Shown here: positions 35,901 through 47,790 of the stretch, piece by piece
Layout of the letters: each line of letters begins with the position of its first letter
How positions within the stretch are numbered: the stretch's first letter is position 1
Assembly (NCBI GenBank): GCA_051294375.1
Contig: CM119268.1
Location: forward strand, 19,806,785-19,870,784
Length of the DNA stretch: 64,000 nucleotides
Direction: 5' to 3'
From: Paraspadella gotoi
Taxonomy: Eukaryota; Animalia; Chaetognatha
Notes under the pieces: generated by a model
Seen by the model: only the letters and a program-made list of their open reading frames with translations
Databases searched by the model: none
Told to the model about the DNA's origin: nothing
Translations under genes and position numbers: made by a program

Positions 35901-38760
35901 CCGACCTTCTAGTCCAGTATTCGTCGTCCTGGGCCAGGTACCTTCAAGAAGGACAGAATATCTCGTTGTGAAACCAAATGGCTCTCCATTATCATTCCCG
36001 GACCGCCCGTGAAGAGGTACCAACGGGTCGTCCGAACGTATACCTGAAAGAGATCGGAGAGGAATAACTATTGTGTGTGGAAACAACTAGGTTTTAGGCA
36101 CGCAGGAAAAAACTTATATCTCCCTCCTTCGCTAAAAGTAATAAATGGTCCGCCCCAAAGAATTTCGTCGAGTATCGCCTCGGCACCGCCAGCTGCCTTA
36201 CACGACACAGGGGCTTCGCTCAGTAACATTTTCATTGCTTGTTATACGGCTCAATCACACCCATCAAGGTTACGCAAGAGGATTTTCCATCATCCGGTTA
36301 GTAAGTTTTGCGACGCATTTATGGCCGTGTCAGACCGTAACATAAAATACCACGAGGCAGTCGTATATGGACTCAAGCGTGGGAGTATTTGCGCATCTAC
36401 TAGCCGTCATGTGCGACACCACATAAATATGCGGACAAAGGAGAGATCGGAGGCGCGTCAAATGGCGTCGTGGAGGTCATATCTGAGGACTGCACAAGAC
36501 TCGAGAGGTACCGTGCGAGAGTAGATGTTTGCGAGATAAACTTCAGGATTGTGCTAGAATCATACAGTGTAGCCCATTCGAATATCGTCAGATCAGACGT
36601 ACACTTCTAACTCGCTGATGTAAACGGAGGAGTATATTCTTAGTATCCTGACAACCAGGTCTCTCATGAGGACAGAATTCATCGTTTCGCTGCTTGGGAT
36701 ACGCTAGGCGTAACGGTGTTGACGGTGGACTGTTTCAGTGTACACCGTACGCGATATCCTTACTATTCTACGCCGTGCGCAGGACTATGATTCGTCCAAA
36801 AGTGCACGGTCATCTATCCTTCGAAGAGTGTTTACAGTGCGAATAGTGAACGTTTCGTCATTCAAATTTTCCGATACATCCTTGTATAGTAGCTGATAAT
36901 CCCTCATAACTGATTAATAATATTAAGCGTTACGTTCCTCGATGACGTGGCTTACTGTCTAGCCTCCACTCTTTTATGTGAAGAATGAGAACTACCAAAC
37001 CCGTCACAGCTCTCATCCAACTGTATCATTGAAGAAGCAAGGTATCAAGATACATCCAATCACCAATGTCATAAGGCCAGCTTAAGAGATGGCTGGCAAG
37101 CTCTAATTAACGATTATCGGATCTAGAGATGACAGAAGCGACTGACCGTATGTCGCATCGTGCACACCTCGATGCTGAGGCTGTGCGCAGTGTGATAATG
37201 CCATAATTCACTGAAGAAGTGATGAGATCGACCCTAGATGAGAGGCATTAGTCCGCAGAAAGCAGCCTCAGCGCACCAATATAATTAGACCACCGACCAA
37301 AAGCATCATATGCATCTTCCACGAGCAAGTAATTAACTCGCTAGGCTGCGGGCCAACGAGTGTGACTAGAGAATTGGCTCAAGCCTTGATAATGTGTCGC
37401 TATCCTAATCAATGCTGAGCATCGTGTGCTACTCTGATATGCGCCTCGGTACGTAGACTCAATATCCCTGTTATCCTGTACCTATGTGATTGGGCGTTTA
37501 ACGTGCGTATCACAGTGTTTGATGAAATGATGGTTCTATGACGACCAAGGGCTTTCCTCTTTTGCTCTGTTAAGTCTGGGTACAGATGCGAGGTATCATA
37601 ATAATCCCAACTGGAAAAAGGTACATGATAGGTAACATTTGTGGCGGCATGCATCTTTAGTCAAGGGTTGACTTTATACTCTCGGCCAGGAAACCCTGGC
37701 CCGGGGAAGCTGGACCCATGGGGGCGCGATGTATCCAGACGCCCCAGCGTAAGCTACTTCATTAACTTAGTCATTGGTCTGTGGATCGTGATTCGTTTAT
37801 ATATTTCACCAACCTTCTGGGAACTTTTATGACATTCATTCACCCACCCACCTTTCGTTCACTTAGCCAACGCTTAACTTCATTGCAATAATGGAGGAAG
37901 CCAGGAACTCGAGGGAGGTGAAGCATAGAGGCTAGATATTTAGCAGAGATGTTGACAGGTGGACCTGCAGCCTCTGCGTTTGTATTTTGTGACATGACCC
38001 TGCTAGGCGGACGTCCAATAGAACCCCTCTTCTTGGCCTTAGGTGAAGGCCATAGCACACGTCCGATATCATTATCTTGTCTTCACAGTTGGAGGAAGAA
38101 CCCATGTGACTAATGCGAAGAAAAGCCTGGTCACACTAACAGACTAAACCACAACATCTCCAAGGCTGGCCAACAACGTCAACAACAGGATAGTAAGACA
38201 CACGGGCACAAATTATTTATTTAATAACCCATCGAGGGATGAAAATTTGTGATAATTAGATCGAGTATAATATAATCATAAGCATGATGTACTCAAAGCC
38301 ATCGAAGATCTAAGCCTGGCGCACAGAGCAATAGAAGTAGATCACATGAAAAAGCCATCCGAACGTGAACAAGGAGGATTCCTCAAGAAGGAAGCTTTTT
38401 TCACAGTAATGCCCCCATTCAAGAGATAATATAGAACCACATTCCTCTTAAAGCACAGAAGAAACTGTGAAGACGGAAACCAAAAACCAACGTACTTGCA
38501 CTGTCTGGGAATACAGAGACGTATTGAGCGGAATCGATAACATGAAGAAGGCTTTTGTTTGCCCTTGATACAAGACTCTTATATGACAAAGTCCATGCAA
38601 CATCGATTGCTAAAAGGAAATTCAACCAAGCAAGCGACAAACTACCCACAGCAAGATTCGTCAACAATATTGGAAATATGTCACCTGCTCGACCAGAGAG
38701 GCAGAAAAACCTAAGTCTCACACATATGAAAGCGATTCCGCTCGGCCTTTAAAAATGAGA
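29987..38760. other. Low-quality, garbled re-copy of the env-Gypsy element (likely raw-read gap patch)
   Basis: Noisy LTR match ~30300-30700, inverted pol piece ~32300-33300, clean gag copy ~33600-34350; sits exactly at the LTR break. Confidence 0.75.
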
Positions 38761-39046
38761 TAAATTTACACACCGAAAATAGCGTAAACGGCCAAGATAT
38801 CTAATGTAAATTTTAATGATATATTTTTTTGTAACATTTAACCTACTTTTATTTGTAATAAAGTTTGCGAATTTTGAAAAAGTCTAAAATTCTTTTGGGC
38901 CTTTTTAAAATTTGGGACGTTTTACAAATTCTGTGGAAGAGGGAGCCTGCAATAAAGGAATAATATAATTAAAAAAGTAATACATATGTTGATTGTTAAA
39001 TGCACTGTATACAAAATAACAAAAACATTACTTTGCGCCAATGAAG

Positions 39047-39213
39047 GTCTCCAAAGGTATGGCCTACCTCGAATCCCTCAACCTCGTCCACCGGGATCTC
39101 GCTGCCCGCAACATTCTCTTGGTCAACCAATGCGTCGCCAAAATATCCGACTTTGGCCTCTCAAAGGCCATCGGACAAGAGCAGGATTATTATAGGGCCG
39201 TCACAGCTGGCAG
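39047..39213 (+). CDS. SYK/ZAP70/Shark-family tyrosine kinase, penultimate exon
   Basis: AG|[55 protein letters not shown]|GTGAGT. Confidence 0.92.
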
Positions 39214-39594
39214 GTGAGTTTATGAGTGAGGCCAAAGGCAGGATTATTGCAGGGCCATCACGGGAGGTCAGTTATTTCATGCTTTGTCTGGACGAGGTTT
39301 ATCTTGCAGTAATGATGGGTTGGGAGATTGTAGAAGATCACGGTTATTTCTGTGAAGTTGCCAAAAACATTCATTTGGTCAGAAAATGCCTTCTGGAATT
39401 CTTACTTTGGCAAAGGCAAAGTCAATCAGACTTGAGTAGGACTATGGTAGGGGCTTCAACATTTAGGGGAGGCAGGTGAGTTAACAGTGAGTCATGAGAG
39501 GGACTATGACAGTAATGACCGGCTGGTGGGTAGAGGGCGCTTTTACATGCCATATGGCACCGTTCTCTATACCCCCTGTCCTTGTTACATCCAG

Positions 39595-39943
39595 GTGGCC
39601 CCTCAAGTGGTACGCTCCAGAGGCGATCTACTTTTGGAAGTTCGACACGCGGACGGACGTGTGGAGCTTTGGAGTGACCCTCTGGGAGGCCATGTCCTAC
39701 GGGGCCGCGCCCTACAAAGGCAAGAAGGGCGAAGAGATCATCTCCCTCATCGAAGCGGGCCGCCGTCTCGAGCAGCCCGTCACCTGCCCCGACGCCGTCT
39801 TCGCCGTCATGCTCAAGTGCTGGACCTACTCGCCAAAGGCCCGTCCTTCTTTCAAAGAGGTCGTGACCATGATGGAGGAGTTGACGGCCGGGTTGGAACG
39901 GAGAGGGTTGAGGGGGGCGACGGGTGGAAGGTGGTTCCGGTGA
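39595..39943 (+). CDS. SYK/ZAP70/Shark-family tyrosine kinase, last coding exon
   Basis: CAG acceptor in phase with the previous exon; RWPLKWYAPE...DVWSFGVTLWEAMSYG...CW...RPSF; TGA at 39941-39943. Confidence 0.92.
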
Positions 39944-41849
39944 TGGCTCATTGTGTGTAGATTTTTTAGTAAATATTTTTTGTAGAATTAGCCGGTATAA
40001 TTCACTCAGCCAAGTCACAGATAAAAAAAAGAAATTTGTTTTATTGGTCACTTAATTCAAAAATGATTTTATCTTTAGATTCTTCGATTTAATTTTTACA
40101 CTATTTTAAAACAAACTGCTCATGAGATGACACGCGATGTGAGATAAATATCTACGTGAAGAACTCGAAGCTGTGAAAACTTTCGTGATTCCCGTTGCCT
40201 TTTTTCAAGTTTTCCTTCCGTTTTTAAAACTTTTAACATTTTGTTTATTTATAAGTCCAGTTTTTCTTTGAACAAAAGAAGCGAATTCTTTTCTCTTTTT
40301 TATTCAAATTTGTTACCAGTCCTCTCCAGTCTTGCCTCAACGGTGGTCGTTAAAGCTGGTACTCAGTGTAGCCGGCGACCGGGCACAATGCAAAACTCCC
40401 CCGTCGCACCTTTTAGGTTTTATTGATTTGTTTGTATGATAATAAATACGTATTGATAGTATTTTTTGCTTTTTGCTTTTTTAATGCTTTTTGGTGATCT
40501 GTGTCGAAATCATTTCTTTTTTTCTCCTTATGTTTATCGATTTATTATCATTATTATATTAGCCAACAAGATTAATATTCCTGATAGATAAAACTCGCTA
40601 TTCTAGTCCGAATCCACAGTTAAACTACTCCATTTTTTTGTCTTTTAAACTTACCATGGCTCTATCTGATGACCGACCCCAGCAAGATTAAATCTTTCCG
40701 CTCCTTCCTTTCTCACTCTTGTTGCAACTTGAAAGTTATTATTAATGAAAGGTCGAAAGCAAATTGATATTCTGTTACTAATTATGATATTGTTACAGTG
40801 CGATATGTACCATCTACTATACAGTAGGTATACTAATTTCCACATGATTTTTTTTTATAAAGAACAAATTTTGATACGAAAAAAAAAAATGTTACATCAG
40901 TGGTCGTTACGTGGGTTCTATATACTGTAATTGTTTAGCTCATTCGTTTAACATAAAAGCGTTCCGCTTGGATTGTTTTTTTAGCGTAGCAAAATTGTGT
41001 GACAGATTCTAATTAATTGGGAACATATTGGTTATTTTGAATTGTTTTTATCTTGTAAAATTAAATAATTTCCTGCCTATTATTTTGTTTTAATGTGATA
41101 ACTAAGACAAAATAGGAATAATAAAAATATTTTTGTACCCATGCCATGATTTCTAGCTAATTTTGTACTTATTTTATTTACATGCCATGTAATGCTCAAT
41201 AATTGTGATATGTGTGTGTGTTTGTGTGAGTGAAGAGAGAGAGAAGTTGAGAGAGAGAGAGAGAGAGAGAGGAAGAGAGAGAGAAGAGAGAGAGAGAGAG
41301 GAGAGAGAGAGAGGAGAGAGGAGAGAGTATTGTGAAAGTGCTGGCATCAAGGTAACCGCCTCCGCCTCCGAACAGCTTCGAGAAAATTGAGAAAGAAGAC
41401 GACGACGATGAAATCAACGCTCCGGCTCTGCGGAGGCGGAGCCGGCTGCGGAGGCGAACGCTCTGCGCAGTCGGCTAATGAGGCGAGCGTCCTGCGGGGG
41501 CGGAGTCGGCTGCTGACGATGTTGATTTTGTTTTCCTTTTTTTTTCGAATTTCCTTGTTTTGTTTGAAAACACCAAGTCTAAGATTTTTAAAATGTGTCA
41601 GCTTTTGTTATTTCTTTTGTGTTTGGTGTTTTGGTTGATTTTTTTTCTGTTTTTATTTTGTTTTTTTTAATTTATAATCCGTTGGTCTAGTATATTTGAT
41701 ACTATTATTATTATTCCTTTAGCCGGATGCGTTTTATAGACTTTTTAATTTCATTACTTTTAGCAATATCTCATAAATGATACACTCACAAATCGAATCG
41801 GCGATGAACAACCGAAGGCGATCCAGAGTTTATGAATTTTTCGATCGAA

Positions 41850-42700
41850 TTCCTCAAGGATTTCGATGTGGTTTAAACATCGATGGAAATATCGCCTGTG
41901 GTGAGACTAATACAATAACATTTTTCAGATCGTATGTGAATGTAAAATAACTGTTTTTCTAAGGAAACGTTCCGTAGATTTTTGTGTGTTTTACAATATC
42001 GTGAGGTATTACCATAAAGGAAAATAAAACTGTCTTGGTAACTTTCCAACTATTTTTCAGCATTTTAATATAAGAATTGAAACATAAAATTTAGATTCAT
42101 ATGAGCTGTGTCTCATTTTTGTACGGCAAAACATATGCAAAAGAAAATTAGTTGTCCAAAAAAAATTCTTCCTTCTTTTTTATCAATTTCATTTTTATAT
42201 TTTTTATTTATACTAATTTCCGGGTTTTTTTTTTTACTTTTTGAGTTAAACTAGGAGTCTACGTCCTTCTTAGAGATCGAGGAAGACTTTTTCAATGGAG
42301 ATTTTCGTTCAAATCTGACTACCAAACAATATAAACGCTCCTGGTAAAAATTCTGGTAAAATATCGATGTAAAAACACTTTATTCCGATCCTGTTGCATC
42401 TGAAGGGCTCGCATTTTTTTTCTCTTGTCAAATCATCAACATCTTGATATCAAACAAGCCAGAACAAATAGACTGCTTCTGGATGGAAAAATTTTCCATC
42501 TCTGATTTTATATAGAAATGAAAGGGATTTTTTTCCTTGAAAACGATATAAACGAGACTGAGGTATGTTCCTGTTCAACAAATGAGGTCCAATTTTGGAA
42601 TCCTTTGGCAAAGTGTTTGAAGGGCTCTCAAAATTTTTCTTTACATTTTATTAGGTTATTTTGATATGATACGATCATGGTAAAGTGAATTAGTCCATTT
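41850..42700 (-). pseudogene. Degraded hAT (hATm-like) transposase fragment
   Basis: Minus-strand pieces GPHLL..I.QSRL, FFHPEAV, KHT.STERFLRK; the last resembles the motif at 48905-49177. Confidence 0.5.
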
Positions 42701-43189
42701 TGGTGAAATTTTTATTTAAAGTAAAAGTAAAAGAGGAGCTAACGATCGGAATTCTAAGAGTTTTCAACCGGGAGTCAGATTCGGGAAAAATCTTCTATGG
42801 CGAAAATCTTCCAAAGAAGGGGTGAATTTTCCGAAGATTTTGGTTAATATTTTCTATATTTATAGTCGGATTTTTTTAAAACTTAATATTAACAATATTG
42901 CCATCATTCTACCTTGGCCGGTATAAGAATATATTTAAAAAACCTCGGGCTTTGTTCGTCAGAGCTTAGTCCTAGTTAAACCATTATAATTAAAAATACC
43001 TGCCTTTTCACAGTCTCATATCAAATGGTCATTGCATCATCTTCATTAGGATAGACTCAGGGATGAAACTTAATTCATATGTCAAAAACAGAGTAGTATT
43101 AAAAAAAATCTTAAAAGACTCATGATCGAGCCAGACCCCACTATAAAAGAAAATTAATGAAAAAATCCGGAAAAAAAATTAATGAATGA

Positions 43190-43430
43190 TGCGATAATGA
43201 ATTATTGATGTAATAGTAATTGATTGATGTAATAGTAATTGATTGATGTAATAGTAATTTATTGATGTAATAGGAATTGATTATTGAAGCGATGATAACT
43301 AATTATTGATGCGATGATAACCAATTATTGATGCGATGATAACGAATTATTGATACGATGATAATCATTCTTTGATATGATGATAGTCATTCACTGATGC
43401 GATGATAGTCATTCATTGATGCGATGAGTC
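43190..43430. repeat. ~20-21-bp minisatellite (GATGCGATGATAACTAATTATT-like)
   Basis: Visible tandem units. Confidence 0.8.
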
Positions 43431-43862
43431 ATTCAACGTAAATAAAACAAACAAACGCGTGTATGAGTGAGAGAGACAGAGAGAGACAGAGACAGAGAGT
43501 GTACAAACATTGTTTCCAAGCATAAAACGTATTCTGACTAAATCTCAAAGCCGTAAAATAAATCCACGAAAATCTCGGATGTAAATTTTGGATTTTGTAT
43601 TGAGAAAAAAGCGCGGAATAAATGGCGATAATAAAAGTTTTAGAACGAAACAAGTTTGAGCAAACAATGTCGAATCTGCCCACGATAATTAAGTGGTATT
43701 CAGCTAAACAAATAAATAATTAAATAAATATTATAAAAGAAACAATTAACAATAAAGTACAAAAAAATTTTTGTGATGTGATAACCCTTTCGTTTTCGTT
43801 GTTATTAGAATTTAGAGAAAAACAAAGTTTTTAATTGTGGTACAACGAATTTAATTGGAGAT

Positions 43863-43903
43863 ACGGACATGTTTCGGCTCACATTTCGAGCCTTCATCAG
43901 CAT
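43863..43903 (-). ncRNA. Minimal type I hammerhead ribozyme (PLE)
   Basis: CTGATGAAGGCTCGAAATGTGAGCCGAAACATGTC. Confidence 0.8.
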
Positions 43904-43941
43904 TTGCCATAAGGAAAATATTTGTGCAAAAAGAAGGGTGT

Positions 43942-43972
<31 letters not shown>

Positions 43973-45252
43973 GTAAGGTTTTCCAACAAAGTGGTGAGAC
44001 AGAATAGTGGTCAGATGAGAGAACAGGCTGAAGTTGAGGACAGATTGAGTGAGTTGTGAAAAGAAATGAAATTTGTTAGAGAGAGAGAGAGGGAGAGAGA
44101 GAGAGGGACAACAGGGATAAATAAATAAGTATTAAAGATACATTTTGTAATGTACAACAAAAGTAAAAATTTGAAAAACTAAATGTCAGTAAGAGTTTAA
44201 CAATTATCTAATTTAAATAGTTAGCTAAAGGATAGTAACATGAATTATGAAATTTGAAATGTGAAAAGGATAGTTGATAGTTAGGAGGATAGGAAAGTGA
44301 AATATAAGGAGAAAGAAAGAGCTCAAAATGAGCTGGCCCCCCTTGTTTTATATGCAAATGAAGGACAGAGACGATGGTGCCAGGTCATTAGCGCGTCATA
44401 GGCTGAGAGGAGGAGTGTGGTTGAACCAGTGAATGTTGCACTGGGTATCGAACCTGACGGAAAGATTCCCAGAGCCACTCTTATGTCTCTTTGGCCTGTT
44501 GTGCCTGCTGGCTGCCCTCTTCTCGCCTGCTGGCGAGGCGGGCGGTTGTCCGTTCTTGCCGCTTTAGTGACAGGAGTGGTGGACTCCTCTCCCCCTCCTG
44601 AAGCCGTCGTTTTGGGCGGCGCCCAGTCGCCAGAGAGAGGGACTGAGTTGCTTCATTTGAGTGAGAGCATCGTTTGCCCATTGCCCTGTGCAAGGGTCTC
44701 GCGCCAGTCTCGTTGAGTGGAGACAGGGGAATCATTGTGCGGGCGTGGTGGAGGCGGGGCCTTCACCACGCTTTTGATAAGCGTATCATAACTTGGGAGG
44801 GAGATCGAAACGTCCTCCATCACGGTTCAAAGAGGGCTCGAGGCTTTGATGTAAATTGCCTCTCTAATACCTCTTGAGAACCAGTTTGGGTCATGGGACA
44901 GCACGAGACAGTCTGATTCCCTGAACAGATGGCCTGTGCCTGCGAATGTTCAGCAACTGCGGACAGAAAGTGACATTTAGTTTTTCAAATTTTTACTTTT
45001 GTTGTACATTACAAAATGTATCTTTAATACTTATTTATTTATCCCTGTTGTCCCTCTCTCTCTCTCCCTCTCTCTCACTCTAACAAATTTCATTTCTTTT
45101 CACAACTCACTCAATCTGTCCTCAACTTCAGCCTGTTCTCTCATCTGACCACTATTCTGTCTCACCACTTTGTTGGAAAACCTTTACCTCTATCTCTCTC
45201 TCTCTCTCTCTCTCACACCCTTCTTTTTGCACAAATATTTTCCTTATGGCAA

Positions 45253-45293
45253 ACGCTGATGAAGGCTCGAAATGTGAGCCGAAACATGTCCGT
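45253..45293 (+). ncRNA. Minimal type I hammerhead ribozyme (PLE)
   Basis: ACG-CTGATGA-AGGCTC-GAAATGT-GAGCC-GAAA-CATGTC-CGT; palindromic ACAUGU stem III. Confidence 0.85.
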
Positions 45294-45369
45294 ATCTCCA
45301 ATTAAATTCGTTGTACCACAATTAAAAACTTGTTTTTCTCTAAAAAAATTTTTAAATATTATTATTTTT

Positions 45370-46000
45370 TCCACTTGCATCATTTTTTTTACTAGCATCA
45401 TTTTTTATACCTCACATAATTTTATTAACTGCCATAATTTTTTTAACTCGCATAATTTTTTCAACTTGCATACTTTTTTCAACTCTCATAATTTTTTAAA
45501 TTTTCATAATTTTTTCAACTTGCATAATTTTTTCAACTTGCATACTTTGTTTAAATATCATCATTCTTTCAACTTGCATCATTCTTTCAACTTGCATCAT
45601 TTTTTCAACTTGCATACTTTGTTTAACTATCATCATTCTTTCAACTTGCATCATTCTTTCAACTTGTATACTTTTTTCAACTCGCATAAAAATTGTATCA
45701 TTTTTTAAAATTTGTATCATTATTTAAAATCTGCATCATTTTTTTAACTTGCATCATTTTTTTTAAATTACATCATTTTTTAGACTTGCATCATTTTTTT
45801 AACTTGTATAATTTTTTCAACCTGTATCATTTTTTTCAACTTGCATCATTTTTTAAACTTTCATCATTTTTTAAATTTGCATCATTTTTTTATTTTGCAT
45901 CATTCTTTCAACTTGCAACATTCTTTCAACTTGCATCATTTTTTCAATATGCATCATTTTTTTAACGTAAATTATTTTTTTAAATTGCATCATTTTTTCA
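45370..46000 (-). repeat. 18-bp minisatellite (TTTTTTCAACTTGCATCA); opposite orientation at ~47790-48090; noisy copies ~52640-53290 and ~55130-55640
   Basis: Visible tandem units. Confidence 0.9.
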
Positions 46001-46086
46001 CTTAATTAATTAATAAAATAATTAATTAATTAAAACATTCATGAGTTAGCATAAATAATAAAAAGTAAAGTCAACTTGACTTTGGT

Positions 46087-47790
46087 TTTTAGTCGGATCT
46101 GCTTATCAGCAGATCCCGACTCTTTAATTCACTTTGTCGGTCCGTCGGTCCGCCCCCTCAATATTGTCGGGCACTAACTTATATCATGTCAGAACATCGA
46201 ATTATGATAAATTATGCAAAAAAAATGATGTCCGTCCGTCCATCCGTCCGTCCGTACGTCCGTCCGTCCGTCCCACCTTAGCAAAAAACACCAACTACTC
46301 GTGATTGGATGGATGGATTGGAATGAAATTTTGTGTGTGGGTAGTAGAGTGATGTGAAAATGATAAAATTTTTGAAAATTAAAATTTAGCATATAAAACG
46401 TGAAAATAAAAACCATTAAAAATACTTTGGTAAATTAATTTTTAAATTTCATACATTAGTGGGCACCAGTGAGCTATATTTATATATAGTAATAAGTATA
46501 TAATGGCTAAAATTTCAAAATAAAAATTTTAAAATTTTAAGATCGGATTTGGATTCTTTACAAAAAGTTAATATAAGAAAGTATAATTCTTTTTTAAAAA
46601 TTATTTCATTAAGTTAGTCAAAAATCTAAAAAATTATGTTTAAGATACCGATTTATAATTTCGAGCTTAAAAATATAGTTTTTTGTAATTTTAACCTACT
46701 TAATGACATATTTTTTTAAAAAGATTTATATTTTATCTTATCAACTTTTAACAAGGAATCTGAATCTGTTCTCAGAATTTAAAAAAAAACATTTTGAAAT
46801 TTTGACATTATATAAGGGTAGTACTATATAAAAAATAAGCTGACTGGGCTACTATATTTATAAAAAAAACAAAACTCTTGATTAGTATTCACTAATATAA
46901 TAGTTTTCAAGATATAACTGCTAAATTTTGATTCCAAACTTTCACTTCACCCTAGTGGGTAGGGAAGTGTGTGATTGAGCTGTATATGAAGTTTCGATGG
47001 AATCGTCCGAGTGGAAATGAGTTTAAATGGAAAAAAACAAAAAACCTGTTTCACTAATTGATTATGCTTTTTTTTCCTTTTATATTAAATGTAAATGAAG
47101 GATGTATTAATAAATCAAATAATTAATCAGTTAATTAATCAATTAGTCAATTAATTAATCAATAATTAATTAATTAGTCAATCAATCCATCCATCCATCC
47201 CATCTTAGCAAAAAGCTCCAATAACTCCTGATTAGCTGGTTGCATTGGATTGAAATTTTGTGTGTGGGTAGGACAATGTGAGATGAAGCTCGATATAAAG
47301 TTTCGATGGAATCGTGCGAGTGGAAATGAGTTTAAATGGAAAAAACATAAGTTGCATTTACTTATTTTACTTATTTTACTTGTTTTAATCAATAAATACT
47401 CTATTTAATCATAATTGGATGAATAGATTTAGGTTGAAATTCTTGTGTATATGGTAGGAAAGTGTATGACGAAGCTTGATACAAAGTTTTGGTGGAAAGC
47501 GTACGAGTGGAAATGAGTTTAAATAAAAAAATATGAGTCACATTTACTTGAATCTTTTTGTTTTCACGATCTTGTTAGTTCCTGCAATGTTACTTATTTT
47601 AACCCATAATTATCGAATTAATCATAATTGATTTAATAGATGAAAAGGAAAGTGTGTGAAGAAGCGAGATATAAAGTTTTGACGGATTGTGCCTTGGAAA
47701 TGAGTTAAATGAGAAAAAACATGAATTCACATTTTTTTAAGTCTTTTTTTATTTATGATTACTAATAAATGTTTTAATTAATTAATTTGA
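46087..47790 (+). mobile_element. Helentron/DINE-1-like non-autonomous element; inverted 5' end at ~48720-48890
   Basis: TTTT-AGTCGGATCTGCT/AGCAGATCCCGAC hairpin, (GTCC)n tract, recurring GTGGAAATGAGTTTAAATGG core units. Confidence 0.5.
46345..46954. mobile_element. hAT-type MITE with perfect 8-bp TSD GTGGGTAG
   Basis: TIR TAGAGTGATGTGAAA / TTTCACTTCACCCTA; TSD 46337-46344 and 46955-46962. Confidence 0.85.

Larger units (their letters stand above)
20382..38796 (+). mobile_element. env-bearing Ty3/Gypsy LTR retrotransposon; probable true extent 20382-29961 plus 38761-38796; TSD ATAT(C)
   Basis: 5' LTR 20382-20631; PBS TGGTGTCACCGACGAGATTCGAA; G-rich PPT ~29608-29623; 3' LTR from 29624 breaks at the gap and resumes exactly at 38761; ATAT at 20378-20381 and 38797-38800. 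Confidence 0.88.
43790..45341 (-). mobile_element. 5'-truncated Penelope-like element with GIY-YIG C-terminus and inverted pLTR
   Basis: Minus ~44770-44966 SAVAEH..TGHLF...WFSRGIREAIYI..SLNRDGG; ~370-bp inverted arms ~43815-44187 and ~44970-45341. Confidence 0.85.

Noticed and set aside
30273-38752. Many short ORFs as novel genes
   Set aside because: They lie in the scrambled copy of the retrotransposon
43190-43430. CRISPR-like array
   Set aside because: Contiguous degenerate tandem units without unique spacers; eukaryotic context
45259-45965. His/Phe/Asn-rich or MQVEK-repeat ORFs
   Set aside because: Translations of the 18-bp minisatellite
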